Source: Endomicrobiales bacterium (GTDB taxonomy: Bacteria > Elusimicrobiota > Endomicrobiia > Endomicrobiales > JALOBY01). Taken from it: 64,000 bases of DNA. Below the pieces are notes generated by a model, which was not told where the DNA came from, ran no database searches, and saw only the letters and a program-made list of their open reading frames with translations. The stretch is from positions 192,001-256,000 of the forward strand of contig CAWCNJ010000004.1 of assembly GCA_963796955.1 (NCBI GenBank), given 5' to 3'. Positions 1 through 8,575 of this stretch are shown here, piece by piece. The position numbers and the translations under genes were made by a program. Positions within the stretch are counted from its first letter, which is position 1; every line of letters begins with the position of its first letter.

Positions 1-138
1 ATGTCGGCCAAAACCGATACCTGGTATATTTGGAACGGCAGCGATGACAACGCCCTCAGGGTTGTCCCGGGAATATATATCTATCAGCTTAAAGTAGGCG
101 AAAAACGTTACAACGGCACGGTGGTGGTGGCAAGGTGA
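1..138 (+). CDS. 3' end of a protein with an FlgD-Ig / T9SS-type (gliding-motility) C-terminal domain (5'-partial)
   Basis: My frame-1 translation ...WYIWNGSDDNALRVVPGIYIYQLKVGEKRYNGTVVVAR* matches the WxG...PGxYxY...GxVxVxR CTD pattern; the TGA overlaps the next start. Confidence 0.7.
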   Translation: MSAKTDTWYIWNGSDDNALRVVPGIYIYQLKVGEKRYNGTVVVAR

Positions 139-1709
139 GATCTATGAACACTAAACGCATAACAAAGTGTTGCTTGATCCTGTTGGCAGTTACTACTGCC
201 TGCTGCCTGCTCCCTGCTCCCTGCAGTTCCGCCTTTGACGAATATTTAACCGGCGCCCGGGTGCGCGCCATGGGCGGCGCATACGCGGCTCTTGCTGACG
301 ACGTGAACGGGGTGCTCGGTCAGCCGGCGGCGTTGGCGAACCTGGCTGATACCCAGCTGTCTGTCAGCTACGGGCAGTTATATCTGGGACTTTCTGACGG
401 AAGCAGGATCAGCGACAGCTCAATCCTTTTCGGTATGCCTGCCGGGAAACATTTTGGTATCGGCGCCGCTTACCAGTCCCTCTCCCTTAACAGTACCTAC
501 AGTGAAAACACCGCGCTGCTTGCTGCGGGAGCGTCCATCTGTTCGGGCCTGCGTGCCGGCGCGGCCGCCAAAATGTTGACGGTTTCCTACGGCCATGACG
601 GCTACACGGACCTCGATCCTGTTTTCGCCGGAGGAATGTCGAGATCGGCCATGGACGCTGATCTCGGTATTATCTGGCAGGCAACAGGTAAGATCTCTTT
701 CGCGTATACCAGGAACAACCTGCTTGGCGCCGACCTCGGTCTGGCAGAAACGGCGCCGGTCACTGCGCGGGACATAGTTGCCCTCGGGTATCGGGAAGAG
801 GATTTTACATTCGATCTTGAAGACCAGCAGGGCGGCTTGGAAAACCGCGTGGTCATTGGCATAGAAAAACTTCTTATTGATCATCTTCTGGCTCTCAGGC
901 TGGGTTTTGGTTCCGGGAACAGGGATTACCGTAAAGTCAGCACCGGCTTTGGCTTCAATATGAAACAATTCTCCATTGACTACGCTTTTGAATATCCGCT
1001 GTCCGGCATCGAGGGAACATCCGGCACGCACTACCTTACTATCTGTACGCATTTTGGCGCGCATCAAACACCTGCGGTGGAACAATGCAAGATCATTTGC
1101 GAACCGAAAACGCCTGTACCCGTTCCGGCACCGCAAATACCGGCTCAAGCGGAGCTACAAAAGCCAGTCTGTCAGGAAGTAAAGCCTGTGCCCGTTGAAA
1201 AGACCGTGGTAACCCCGGCCCCTGAAACCTATATGGGCAGCGGCAAATTACAATTGCTCAATATGCTTCAATTGCAACAGTTCGCGGTGGCCCCGTCGAC
1301 AACACCTGTGGTGCAACCGCCGGCGGTTTCCAGCGCCGCTGTCGTGCCGGCTCCGATAAACGCCGTTGCGCAAAGCACGGCGCCGGCAAATACCGAAATA
1401 AAGGCTGTTGTCCCGGACGCCGCAGAAGAGGATACCGAGGAGCCGGCCGCGATCCAAAAGATCCCAAAAGCAAAGCCTGCAATAGAAAAGCCGTCTCCTG
1501 TTGATGATGAGCTGCGCCCGCGGACGCTGAACGGCCAGGCCCCGGGCAAATATACCGCCATTCACAGGGTCGTCTACGGGGATTCCCTGCCGTCGCTCGC
1601 TGAAAAATATTACCACGCCAAAGCGCGCTGGGTTGATATATACGAGGCTAATAAAGATAAGATCGAGAAGGGCACTCTGCAGGCCGGACAAATACTGATA
1701 ATCCCTTAG
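135..1709 (+). CDS. PorV/PorQ-family outer-membrane beta-barrel with Pro/Ala-rich linker and C-terminal LysM domain
   Basis: Signal peptide; GARVRAMGGAYAALADD..QPAALA PorV/FadL-like N-terminus; LRLG..GFG..IDYA barrel end; C-terminal HRVVYGDSLPSLAEKYY..W..IY..N LysM. Alternative start at 144. Confidence 0.75.
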   Translation: MRSMNTKRITKCCLILLAVTTACCLLPAPCSSAFDEYLTGARVRAMGGAYAALADDVNGVLGQPAALANLADTQLSVSYGQLYLGLSDGSRISDSSILFGMPAGKHFGIGAAYQSLSLNSTYSENTALLAAGASICSGLRAGAAAKMLTVSYGHDGYTDLDPVFAGGMSRSAMDADLGIIWQATGKISFAYTRNNLLGADLGLAETAPVTARDIVALGYREEDFTFDLEDQQGGLENRVVIGIEKLLIDHLLALRLGFGSGNRDYRKVSTGFGFNMKQFSIDYAFEYPLSGIEGTSGTHYLTICTHFGAHQTPAVEQCKIICEPKTPVPVPAPQIPAQAELQKPVCQEVKPVPVEKTVVTPAPETYMGSGKLQLLNMLQLQQFAVAPSTTPVVQPPAVSSAAVVPAPINAVAQSTAPANTEIKAVVPDAAEEDTEEPAAIQKIPKAKPAIEKPSPVDDELRPRTLNGQAPGKYTAIHRVVYGDSLPSLAEKYYHAKARWVDIYEANKDKIEKGTLQAGQILIIP

Positions 1710-1723
1710 AAAGGAGCAGTTCA

Positions 1724-3808
1724 ATGGACGACAACAAAAACGAATTTAACACGGGTTTTTCCGACCTCGACGCCGAGATCGGCAGGCTTAAAGCCGAGCT
1801 GGCCCACCAGGGTGACATGGTCGACCAGATACGGGTGCCCGCTTCCACCGGTGATTTTTGGGGACGCCGGATGGAAGAAGAGAAGAAATTGAACGAAAAG
1901 AAAATGCTGCTCGCCGAGGAAGAAAAGCGCGTGCTGGAAGCCAGGATGGCTTCTCAGCAGGAGCAGGTAAAAAAGTACAGCGAATCGCTTGCGGAACTTG
2001 AAAAGCGTTTCGAGCGCGAGGCTAAGGGCTGGGAAGAACGCCTTAAGGCAAAAGAGGCCGATCTGCTGCTGGAAAAGAACCGTATTTTCTGGGAAGAGAA
2101 ACTGCGCGAAACCGAACATGAGAATCACTCGCTGCTGCAGCAGGTAGCCCGTCTTAACGAAGCCATTACGCAGCTCAAAGACGAACAGAACGCCGATAAA
2201 CTTAAATATGAAACATCAACGACCGAGGAAAAACAGCTTAACGAAACGAAACTGCATGGCATGCAAAAAGAGATGGACGCCCTCCGGGAACGCGCCCTGG
2301 ACCTGCAGTCTCAGTTAGCCTCCGCCAGCGATCAGCTGCGCACGGCGAAAGAAGGCTACAACGCAATAAAAAGGGAATTGGAACAAAAAATAAACGACCT
2401 GATAGGCGAAAAGACGTCGCTCGGCGAGAAAATGAACCTGGTCATAAAACAATCCGATGAGGAACGGGCGAAGGTGGAACTGTGGGTGCGCAATGTAAAT
2501 ACCGGATTCGTGCAAAAGATCCGTCATTACATCGGGTCCCTGGAAGGCCTGGCCCATTTTATTTCAGACAGGCCGCCCAGCAAAGCGACGACCAGCTATC
2601 TGGAAAGTATCATTCAGGAACTTGAGGGTGAGACGGAAATGCACGCCACCAGCCTGAAGCTGGAATCGTATCAGCGCTCATTCGTGGCTGTGGACCTGCT
2701 GGTAAACGACGAAGCCGCGATGTGCCGCAAGATCCTTTCGGTTACGGTCTCTGAGACGAAGATCGCCACGCCCGGTAACTTGATGGCGATGATAGAAAAA
2801 GCCAAGCCGCAGGTGCTGCTGGTCTCAGGTATCTATTACAAAAAAGCTCTGGCCGTCAACCGCCGTTGGCCTTTCCTGCCGATCCTTATTTTCGGCTCGT
2901 TCGACAAAGAGGCTGAGCGCAGGCTTAACTCGGCCAGCATCAAGATCATCGCGCCCCCGTTCATGAGCGGTGATATCGCCGATATCATTTCGAGCGTAGC
3001 CCGTCACAGCATCGCCAGACCCGAATATTGGGAACGCATTCAGTCGAAGCGCAGTTACCTGGGAACCATTGTCATGGCGGGCGCACTGGCGTGCGGCCTG
3101 CTGGGCGGATATTACTTCAAGGATATCACCGGCGGGATCGGCGCCATGGTCTATACCGCGCGGCCATCCACCTATATTCCGCCCTATACGAACCCTTCAA
3201 ATATTTCCTTTGACGGCAAGAATATCTGGGTCTGCGACTGGTTCGGCCAAAGCATTTACAAGCACAGCGCCGACAGCAAGTTCAAGGTGGAACACATTTA
3301 TTTCTATCCTGGTAAGCATTTTACCGCGATCACCTGGCACAACGGGGTTCTGTGGACTGCCGACGCGTGGGATAACAAAGTCTACCGGCATAATAATGAC
3401 GACGACCTGTCTGTGGCCGAGACCTTTACCGTGCCGGAAATGTCCATTACCGGCCTTGCCTCTGACGGGAAATCGCTCTATTCCTGCGATACGGCCAGGG
3501 GTCAGATCTATAAGCACCGCCTGGACGCCACGTTGTCCATAGATGCGGTTTACGACACACCGGGCAAGAATCCCTGCGGCTTATTCTACGACGGAAAGAA
3601 TCTCTGGAGCGTTGACAGCAAAACCGACCGGATCTACCGCCATCGCATGGATGCCAAACTGACGCCGGAAGCCTCTTTCCTGATCCCTGAACTGTCGCAA
3701 AAACCCGGTATGATATCCGGCGTGGCGATCGACAACGGCATTCTATGGCTGACCTCGGAAAAATATGGAAAAGTGATGAGCTACCCCCTGAGGCTGGCGA
3801 AGCAGTAA
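1724..3808 (+). CDS. Membrane protein: long coiled coil, degenerate HisKA/receiver-like region, one TM helix, C-terminal beta-propeller
   Basis: E/K/L-rich heptads in the first ~260 aa; TM YLGTIVMAGALACGLLGGYYF; repeated FDGKNIWVCD / WHNGVLWTAD / YDGKNLWSVD blades; AGGAG RBS. Confidence 0.6.
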   Translation: MDDNKNEFNTGFSDLDAEIGRLKAELAHQGDMVDQIRVPASTGDFWGRRMEEEKKLNEKKMLLAEEEKRVLEARMASQQEQVKKYSESLAELEKRFEREAKGWEERLKAKEADLLLEKNRIFWEEKLRETEHENHSLLQQVARLNEAITQLKDEQNADKLKYETSTTEEKQLNETKLHGMQKEMDALRERALDLQSQLASASDQLRTAKEGYNAIKRELEQKINDLIGEKTSLGEKMNLVIKQSDEERAKVELWVRNVNTGFVQKIRHYIGSLEGLAHFISDRPPSKATTSYLESIIQELEGETEMHATSLKLESYQRSFVAVDLLVNDEAAMCRKILSVTVSETKIATPGNLMAMIEKAKPQVLLVSGIYYKKALAVNRRWPFLPILIFGSFDKEAERRLNSASIKIIAPPFMSGDIADIISSVARHSIARPEYWERIQSKRSYLGTIVMAGALACGLLGGYYFKDITGGIGAMVYTARPSTYIPPYTNPSNISFDGKNIWVCDWFGQSIYKHSADSKFKVEHIYFYPGKHFTAITWHNGVLWTADAWDNKVYRHNNDDDLSVAETFTVPEMSITGLASDGKSLYSCDTARGQIYKHRLDATLSIDAVYDTPGKNPCGLFYDGKNLWSVDSKTDRIYRHRMDAKLTPEASFLIPELSQKPGMISGVAIDNGILWLTSEKYGKVMSYPLRLAKQ

Positions 3809-3814
3809 CGGACC

Positions 3815-4162
3815 TTATATTTTCAGTTTTGTGCCTTCCGAGTAAATTTTATCAAGGTTATAGAACCCCCGGGATTGCGGGGACATGATATGTATGACTA
3901 CTCCGCCATAGTCCAGCACGCTCCAGCTTACTGAATCCCTGCCGTCACAATACAGCGGCAGCAGGCCTTCGGTGTCTTTGAATTCCTGCATGATGGTTTG
4001 CCTGATGGCATTTACCTGTGTGGAACTGCCGGCTGAGGCGATAACTACGTAGTTGGCTTCCGAGGTGAGCTTTTGGATGTTAAGCGCCACAACCTCTTCG
4101 GCCTTTTTGTCATCCGCGATCTTTGCCGCAAATTTTGCCAACGTAAGAAAATTTCGTTTCAT
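3815..4162 (-). CDS. rsfS: Ribosome silencing factor RsfS (Iojap)
   Basis: DKKAEEV, YVVIASA.S..Q, WSVLDYGGVVIHIM..RGFYNLDKIY motifs; nadD-yqeK neighbourhood. Confidence 0.93.
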   Translation of the reverse strand: MKRNFLTLAKFAAKIADDKKAEEVVALNIQKLTSEANYVVIASAGSSTQVNAIRQTIMQEFKDTEGLLPLYCDGRDSVSWSVLDYGGVVIHIMSPQSRGFYNLDKIYSEGTKLKI

Positions 4163-4171
4163 TTAGTATTC

Positions 4172-5093
4172 CTATAGGTCCGTGCGCGCGCGGTTTAGTT
4201 TCTCGCGGTTAACTTCGTTCTCTCTGTTCTTTAAATTCTGGATCGACTCCGCCAGCTGTCCCGCGACAGCGGAAGTAATCAGGAATTGGTTCTTCCCGAA
4301 GGCGCCGGTCACCTGTCTGTTCCAAAGCCCTATAAAGCCGAGCATCGAGCCTTTCTTCATAATGGGTACTATCAACAGGGACTTCGCTCCCGCGAATGGC
4401 GGTAATTCCATTATCGTACCGGTATGGCACTGTTCCTTAGTACAGTCCTGTATCTCCTTAATGGCCGGCTCATTTTCCGGTATCGGCGCAGCAGCGGGGC
4501 CCGCGGCGCTGGGTCGAAGTCGTTGTTGAATTCATTGTGCAAATAAATAGCGCCGTCGGTAGCAGCGGGTATGGCCAGTTTCAATTCATCAAGCACCGCG
4601 CTGGTCATCGCGCGGATAGTAAAACTGTTGGCTATGATATTGCCGGTCTCGTAGACGGTCGCAAGCTCACGGCTGGTGTATTCAAGCCTGTCCATGGAAA
4701 CCTGAATAAGCCCCGAAAGTATCCGCAGGCCGGCCGATGCGTTCCTCGCTATGAACTCCGTAAATTCCGGGCGCGTATCGCAAGCAAAACGGAATCCCTG
4801 GTAGTTCTTGCTGTCGCGGTACGGGGGGCGTCCGCGAAAAAAGCCATCTCCCCGAATACCGAACCCTGTTCAAGTACCGCCAGCACCTTGCCGCTTTCAG
4901 GGCCGCGCTGTTTGGCTATCTCTATCTCTCCTGCTTCAATAATATAGAAGGCGTCGGCGGTCTGGCCCTCTTTAAAAATGGTGGTGTCAGCGTGCAGTTC
5001 AACGCGCTTTAATAACGTCATCAGCTGTGAAAGGAGCGACGGTTCTATGCCACGGAATATCGAAACGGTTTTCAGTAAAGATACAAGATCCAT
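4172..5093 (-). CDS. Cyclic-nucleotide-binding + GAF domain protein, split by two 1-nt frameshifts (~4772 and ~4512)
   Basis: IFKEG..AFYIIEAGEIEI..FGEMAFFADAPRTATA cNMP motif; downstream frames continue EFTEFIARNAS..MDRLE..ELATVYE and SLLIVPI..MLGFIGL (GAF). Confidence 0.7.
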
Positions 5094-5111
5094 ACATACC
5101 TCCGCATGCGA

Positions 5112-6278
5112 TTATTTGTCTTCCAGCGCGGGACAATCTTCGCCCAGGATCACCGATACATCTATCAGTCTTTTAGCGTCGTAGCGCGTTACCACTTCGC
5201 CGCAGGCAAGGCAGTCGCTGATCTTCTGCGCGGCCCGCAGGTTGCCGGTAAGGTCCTTAATAAGGGTCTTCTTCTGCCGGGTCGCGAAGTTACCGTAGTC
5301 CATCACGTCAAACCCCTGCTTGCGCAGCAGCCAGGCGACCTTTTCCGCGACATGGGGCCGGCCGGAAGCGTTCCAGACCTCTACTTTCATCTGCGGCCCC
5401 TGTGACACCGTCGCGGCGCCATTTTCAGGGAAAATTTTCGCAAGTAGTCCCATCGTGTTATCCTGATCTATTTCCCAAAAATTACCGTTCGTTGTGCCGG
5501 GCAGCTGGGCCAGGCGTAAATTCTTCTGCGAAAAATGCCGCGCCTCCAGCATGCAGACAAGAATATCCCAGGTATTAAGGTTTGTTTTTATATCTTTCGT
5601 GACGGTATAAACGATCTTTGGCATTGAAGCCAGCACCACCGGATTTTTAAGGCGGTCCAAAATAGCCTTGAAAAAATACTGCTGACGCAGCACGCGGCCA
5701 AGGTCTCCCGCTTTACTGCGGAAGCGAACGTATTCCAGCGCTTTTTGTCCGTCCAGGTGCTGCACGCCGGGTTCAAAATGTATGTGCAGTTTGCCGGCGG
5801 TGTCATCGTAATGCATCGGCTCTTCCACGTCGATGGTAACCCCGCCGATCATGTTTATAAATGTGCGGAAACTGGAATAGTCTATTTGCAGATAATAGGG
5901 CACCGCCACTTTGTTGGAGAACAATTCCTCTATGCCGGCCTGTACCTGCTGGCAGCAGTAGGCGTCATCCTTGCTTTTGCGCCAGTTGTAGGCGTATATC
6001 TCGTTTATCTTGTGCAGATTGTAGCCCTTCGGCGAGAAATGTGTGTCTCGCGGGATGGAGATAATATCCAGGAAGCGGCTCCGCGGATCGTAACTTGCGA
6101 ACATCATGGTGTCCGTATGCCTGGCGTAATCCACCAGGTCCGTGCCGAGGATCACGGCGTTTATGCGCTCGCCCCTGCGGATAGCCCTGGACAGCGGGCT
6201 TGTGTAACTGAAATAAATAGCAAATGCTATCAGCAGCGCGAAAGCAAGCAAAATGTAGTGAGGTGTTTTTAATTTCAT
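5112..6278 (-). CDS. LCP (LytR-CpsA-Psr) family protein with C-terminal LytR_C domain
   Basis: N-terminal TM; ILGTD..HTDTMM..SIPRDT, LDGQKALEYVRFR..DLGRVLRQQ; C-terminal VEVWNASG..DVSVILGED. Confidence 0.9.
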   Translation of the reverse strand: MKLKTPHYILLAFALLIAFAIYFSYTSPLSRAIRRGERINAVILGTDLVDYARHTDTMMFASYDPRSRFLDIISIPRDTHFSPKGYNLHKINEIYAYNWRKSKDDAYCCQQVQAGIEELFSNKVAVPYYLQIDYSSFRTFINMIGGVTIDVEEPMHYDDTAGKLHIHFEPGVQHLDGQKALEYVRFRSKAGDLGRVLRQQYFFKAILDRLKNPVVLASMPKIVYTVTKDIKTNLNTWDILVCMLEARHFSQKNLRLAQLPGTTNGNFWEIDQDNTMGLLAKIFPENGAATVSQGPQMKVEVWNASGRPHVAEKVAWLLRKQGFDVMDYGNFATRQKKTLIKDLTGNLRAAQKISDCLACGEVVTRYDAKRLIDVSVILGEDCPALEDK

Positions 6279-6279
6279 G

Positions 6280-6849
6280 TCAGACCGTTTCATTCCATGT
6301 TAAGATCGCGGTGGGGTGCAGCCAGGCGTTTTTTTTAATACAAAAATCAAGTTTTACCTTTTCCGCCTCGCGCATCGCCAGTTCCAGATTCCTCATCGCC
6401 AGGCGCCGCAACTTGCTCACGCTCGCATAGCGGCGGTCCGGCGCTGTAATATCGGCAACATAAAGTATTTTCGCGAGCTTCGTCATACTCGGCCCGCCGA
6501 GCGTATGCTGGGCTATCGCGTCAAGTACATCACGTTTTGTTACCTTAAACTTCGTGCGCGCGATATGGGCGCTTATATAGCCGTGCAGCAAAGAGGGGTT
6601 ATGTTTAATTATCTCTTCCCGGCAGGGTGCCTCCACCCGATGCTTTTTTGCGTACGTTATCATCTGGTCTTTGCTGTAACCTTTGCCGGCGTCATGCAGC
6701 AGCGCCGCGAGCACCGCGTCTTTAATATCAACGCCGTGCTTTTGGGCAAGTATCGCGGCCACTTTGGCTGTCCCGATGGTATGCCGGTATCTGGCTGGTT
6801 GCAGATGCGAACTTAAATATTCAGCGATGGTTTCATGCAATGTTTTCAT
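6280..6849 (-). CDS. yqeK: HD-domain Ap4A hydrolase YqeK
   Basis: RYRHT..AALLHDAGK..LLHG..HTLG..KILYVAD; adjacent to nadD. Confidence 0.9.
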   Translation of the reverse strand: MKTLHETIAEYLSSHLQPARYRHTIGTAKVAAILAQKHGVDIKDAVLAALLHDAGKGYSKDQMITYAKKHRVEAPCREEIIKHNPSLLHGYISAHIARTKFKVTKRDVLDAIAQHTLGGPSMTKLAKILYVADITAPDRRYASVSKLRRLAMRNLELAMREAEKVKLDFCIKKNAWLHPTAILTWNETV

Positions 6850-7423
6850 AAAGTTGATGTTTGGTGATATATTCAGCTACAGGCTTTGCGACAAGCGTCT
6901 CAATGCTTTTGCCCGCTTCTATCCCGGCCCGAATCCCGGTTGAAGAAATACCAGGTATCTTTCCTGAAAGTTTAACTATTTTCCCGTCGAATATACGAGG
7001 CACTGTAAATTTTGTTCCGCTTCTCATGCCTGCCGCTACCGTACAGAGCTTCGATATCAGCTCAGGCCGTTTCCACCCGCCAAGCTCGTTAACGGAATCA
7101 CCGCCTACAATAAAGAATAGTTTTCCGCCAGGGAACCGTGCCCTAAAATATTTCAGTGTCTGCCACGTATATGTTGTCCCATTCCTTTCTAATTCAAAGC
7201 GCGAAACGTTGTCTTTTGTGTCGATGCACAACTGTAACATTTTTACGCGCTCACCTGCCGCGGCCAGCCTTCTCTCCAGCTTATGGGGCGGGCATTTCGC
7301 CGGCACAAAAAATATCGTATCCAGCCCTAATTGCTCCCGTGCCAGTTCCGCGAGCGCCAGATGCCCCACATGCACCGGGTCGAACGACCCCCCGAAAATA
7401 CCGATCCTTTTTGTTTCCGCCAT
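6833..7423 (-). CDS. nadD: Nicotinate-nucleotide adenylyltransferase
   Basis: GIFGGSFDPVHVGHL, PPHK, TYT..TL, FIVGGD, ISSTGIR motifs. Confidence 0.95.
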   Translation of the reverse strand: MAETKRIGIFGGSFDPVHVGHLALAELAREQLGLDTIFFVPAKCPPHKLERRLAAAGERVKMLQLCIDTKDNVSRFELERNGTTYTWQTLKYFRARFPGGKLFFIVGGDSVNELGGWKRPELISKLCTVAAGMRSGTKFTVPRIFDGKIVKLSGKIPGISSTGIRAGIEAGKSIETLVAKPVAEYITKHQLYENIA

Positions 7424-7429
7424 ACCCAC

Positions 7430-7458
7430 ATTTTAGCAAATTCTGCACGCACCGCCAA
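7430..7458 (-). promoter_or_regulatory. Sigma70-type promoter of nadD, apparently leaderless
   Basis: Minus strand TTGGCG-17 nt-TAAAAT (with extended TG), 6 nt before the ATG at 7423. Confidence 0.5.
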
Positions 7459-7636
7459 ACAACCCGTATAGCGCTTAATTATACTACTGTAATAATGTGA
7501 AAATAATAGATACATAATGTGAAAAACGTGTGAAATGTAACGACAAGAAAATTCGTAGTATGATTAACAAACGACGTTGCCGCGGTGGATTTAAACAGTG
7601 TGTGAGCTCTCTGCCTGTTTGTTCAATCAAAAAGTA

Positions 7637-7698
7637 TTGACAATGAAGAAATTTAATTGTATATAATATATGTACATATGTATATAAATTATGTACAA
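7637..7698 (+). promoter_or_regulatory. Promoter with nested palindromic operator upstream of the wHTH-NTase pair
   Basis: TTGACA 7637-7642; TTGTATATAAT (7657-7667) and ATTATGTACAA (7688-7698) form an inverted repeat around the perfect palindrome ATATGTACATAT (7668-7679). Confidence 0.6.
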
Positions 7699-7713
7699 AT
7701 AGGAGATTGATGT

Positions 7714-8040
7714 ATGCTGGAATCGCTGTTTGGCAATAAGATTATCGAGAAGATCTTTTTTTACTTGCTGGTGTACGATAACGGATATATCCGGGGTATT
7801 TCCAATACATTTGAAGTTCCTGTGACTGGTGTTGTTCAGCAGTTGGATCGTCTTGAGAATGGTGGAGTCGTGGTAAGCCAGAAAAAGGGGAAGATACGGC
7901 TTTATCAGTTTAACCCGCGGTATCCGTTTTTGACCGAATTGAAAGTGTTCCTTCAACGGGCGATGGATGTGATGCCTCAGAGTGAGATAGAGAAATATTA
8001 CCGGATGCGCACAAGGCCGCGCAGGAAAGGGAAACCGTGA
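7714..8040 (+). CDS. Winged-helix DNA-binding protein (putative antitoxin/regulator)
   Basis: MLESLFGN..QQLDRLENGGVVVS..GKIRLYQFNPRYPFL ArsR-like wHTH; AGGAG RBS. Confidence 0.75.
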   Translation: MLESLFGNKIIEKIFFYLLVYDNGYIRGISNTFEVPVTGVVQQLDRLENGGVVVSQKKGKIRLYQFNPRYPFLTELKVFLQRAMDVMPQSEIEKYYRMRTRPRRKGKP

Positions 8041-8555
8041 TAGAGTGGAAAACTATCGATATTGAAGGTTTGGCGGTAGTAGTAAGCGCAGAACTCTCAA
8101 AGCACAATGTCGACGCCGTATTGGTTGGCGGCGCCTGCGTTTCCATATACTCGCATAACAAATATGAGTCTGCAGACCTGGATTATATTTCACATGCCGA
8201 GTTGAAAGAATTGGAAAGAATAATGCATGGAATAGGGTTTTACAAAAAAAGCGGCAGACATTTCGAGCACAGCGATTGTCCGCTTTTTGTTGAATTCCCG
8301 CCTCCCCCGGTGGCGATCGGCAAAGAAATGCCGATAACGAAGTTTAATCGTATGAAGACTGTGGTGCTGCTGACGCCGACTGACTGTGTTAAGGACAGGT
8401 TGGCGGCTTATTATCATTGGAATGATCCCCAGTCCCTTGAGCAGGCGCTGATGGTGGCACGGGCGCAGAAAATAGATATGAACAACATACGGAAGTGGTC
8501 GGAGAAAGAAGGCGCTGTGGAAAAGTTTACAAGATTCGAATCGTTGTTAAAATAG
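8037..8555 (+). CDS. Putative DNA-pol-beta-fold nucleotidyltransferase (AbiEii-like toxin candidate)
   Basis: AVLVGGACVSIYS..SADLDY (GG and DxD motifs); GTGA overlap with the wHTH gene. Confidence 0.65.
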   Translation: MIEWKTIDIEGLAVVVSAELSKHNVDAVLVGGACVSIYSHNKYESADLDYISHAELKELERIMHGIGFYKKSGRHFEHSDCPLFVEFPPPPVAIGKEMPITKFNRMKTVVLLTPTDCVKDRLAAYYHWNDPQSLEQALMVARAQKIDMNNIRKWSEKEGAVEKFTRFESLLK

Positions 8556-8575
8556 CGCTCGTGGGCACTCAGCGG

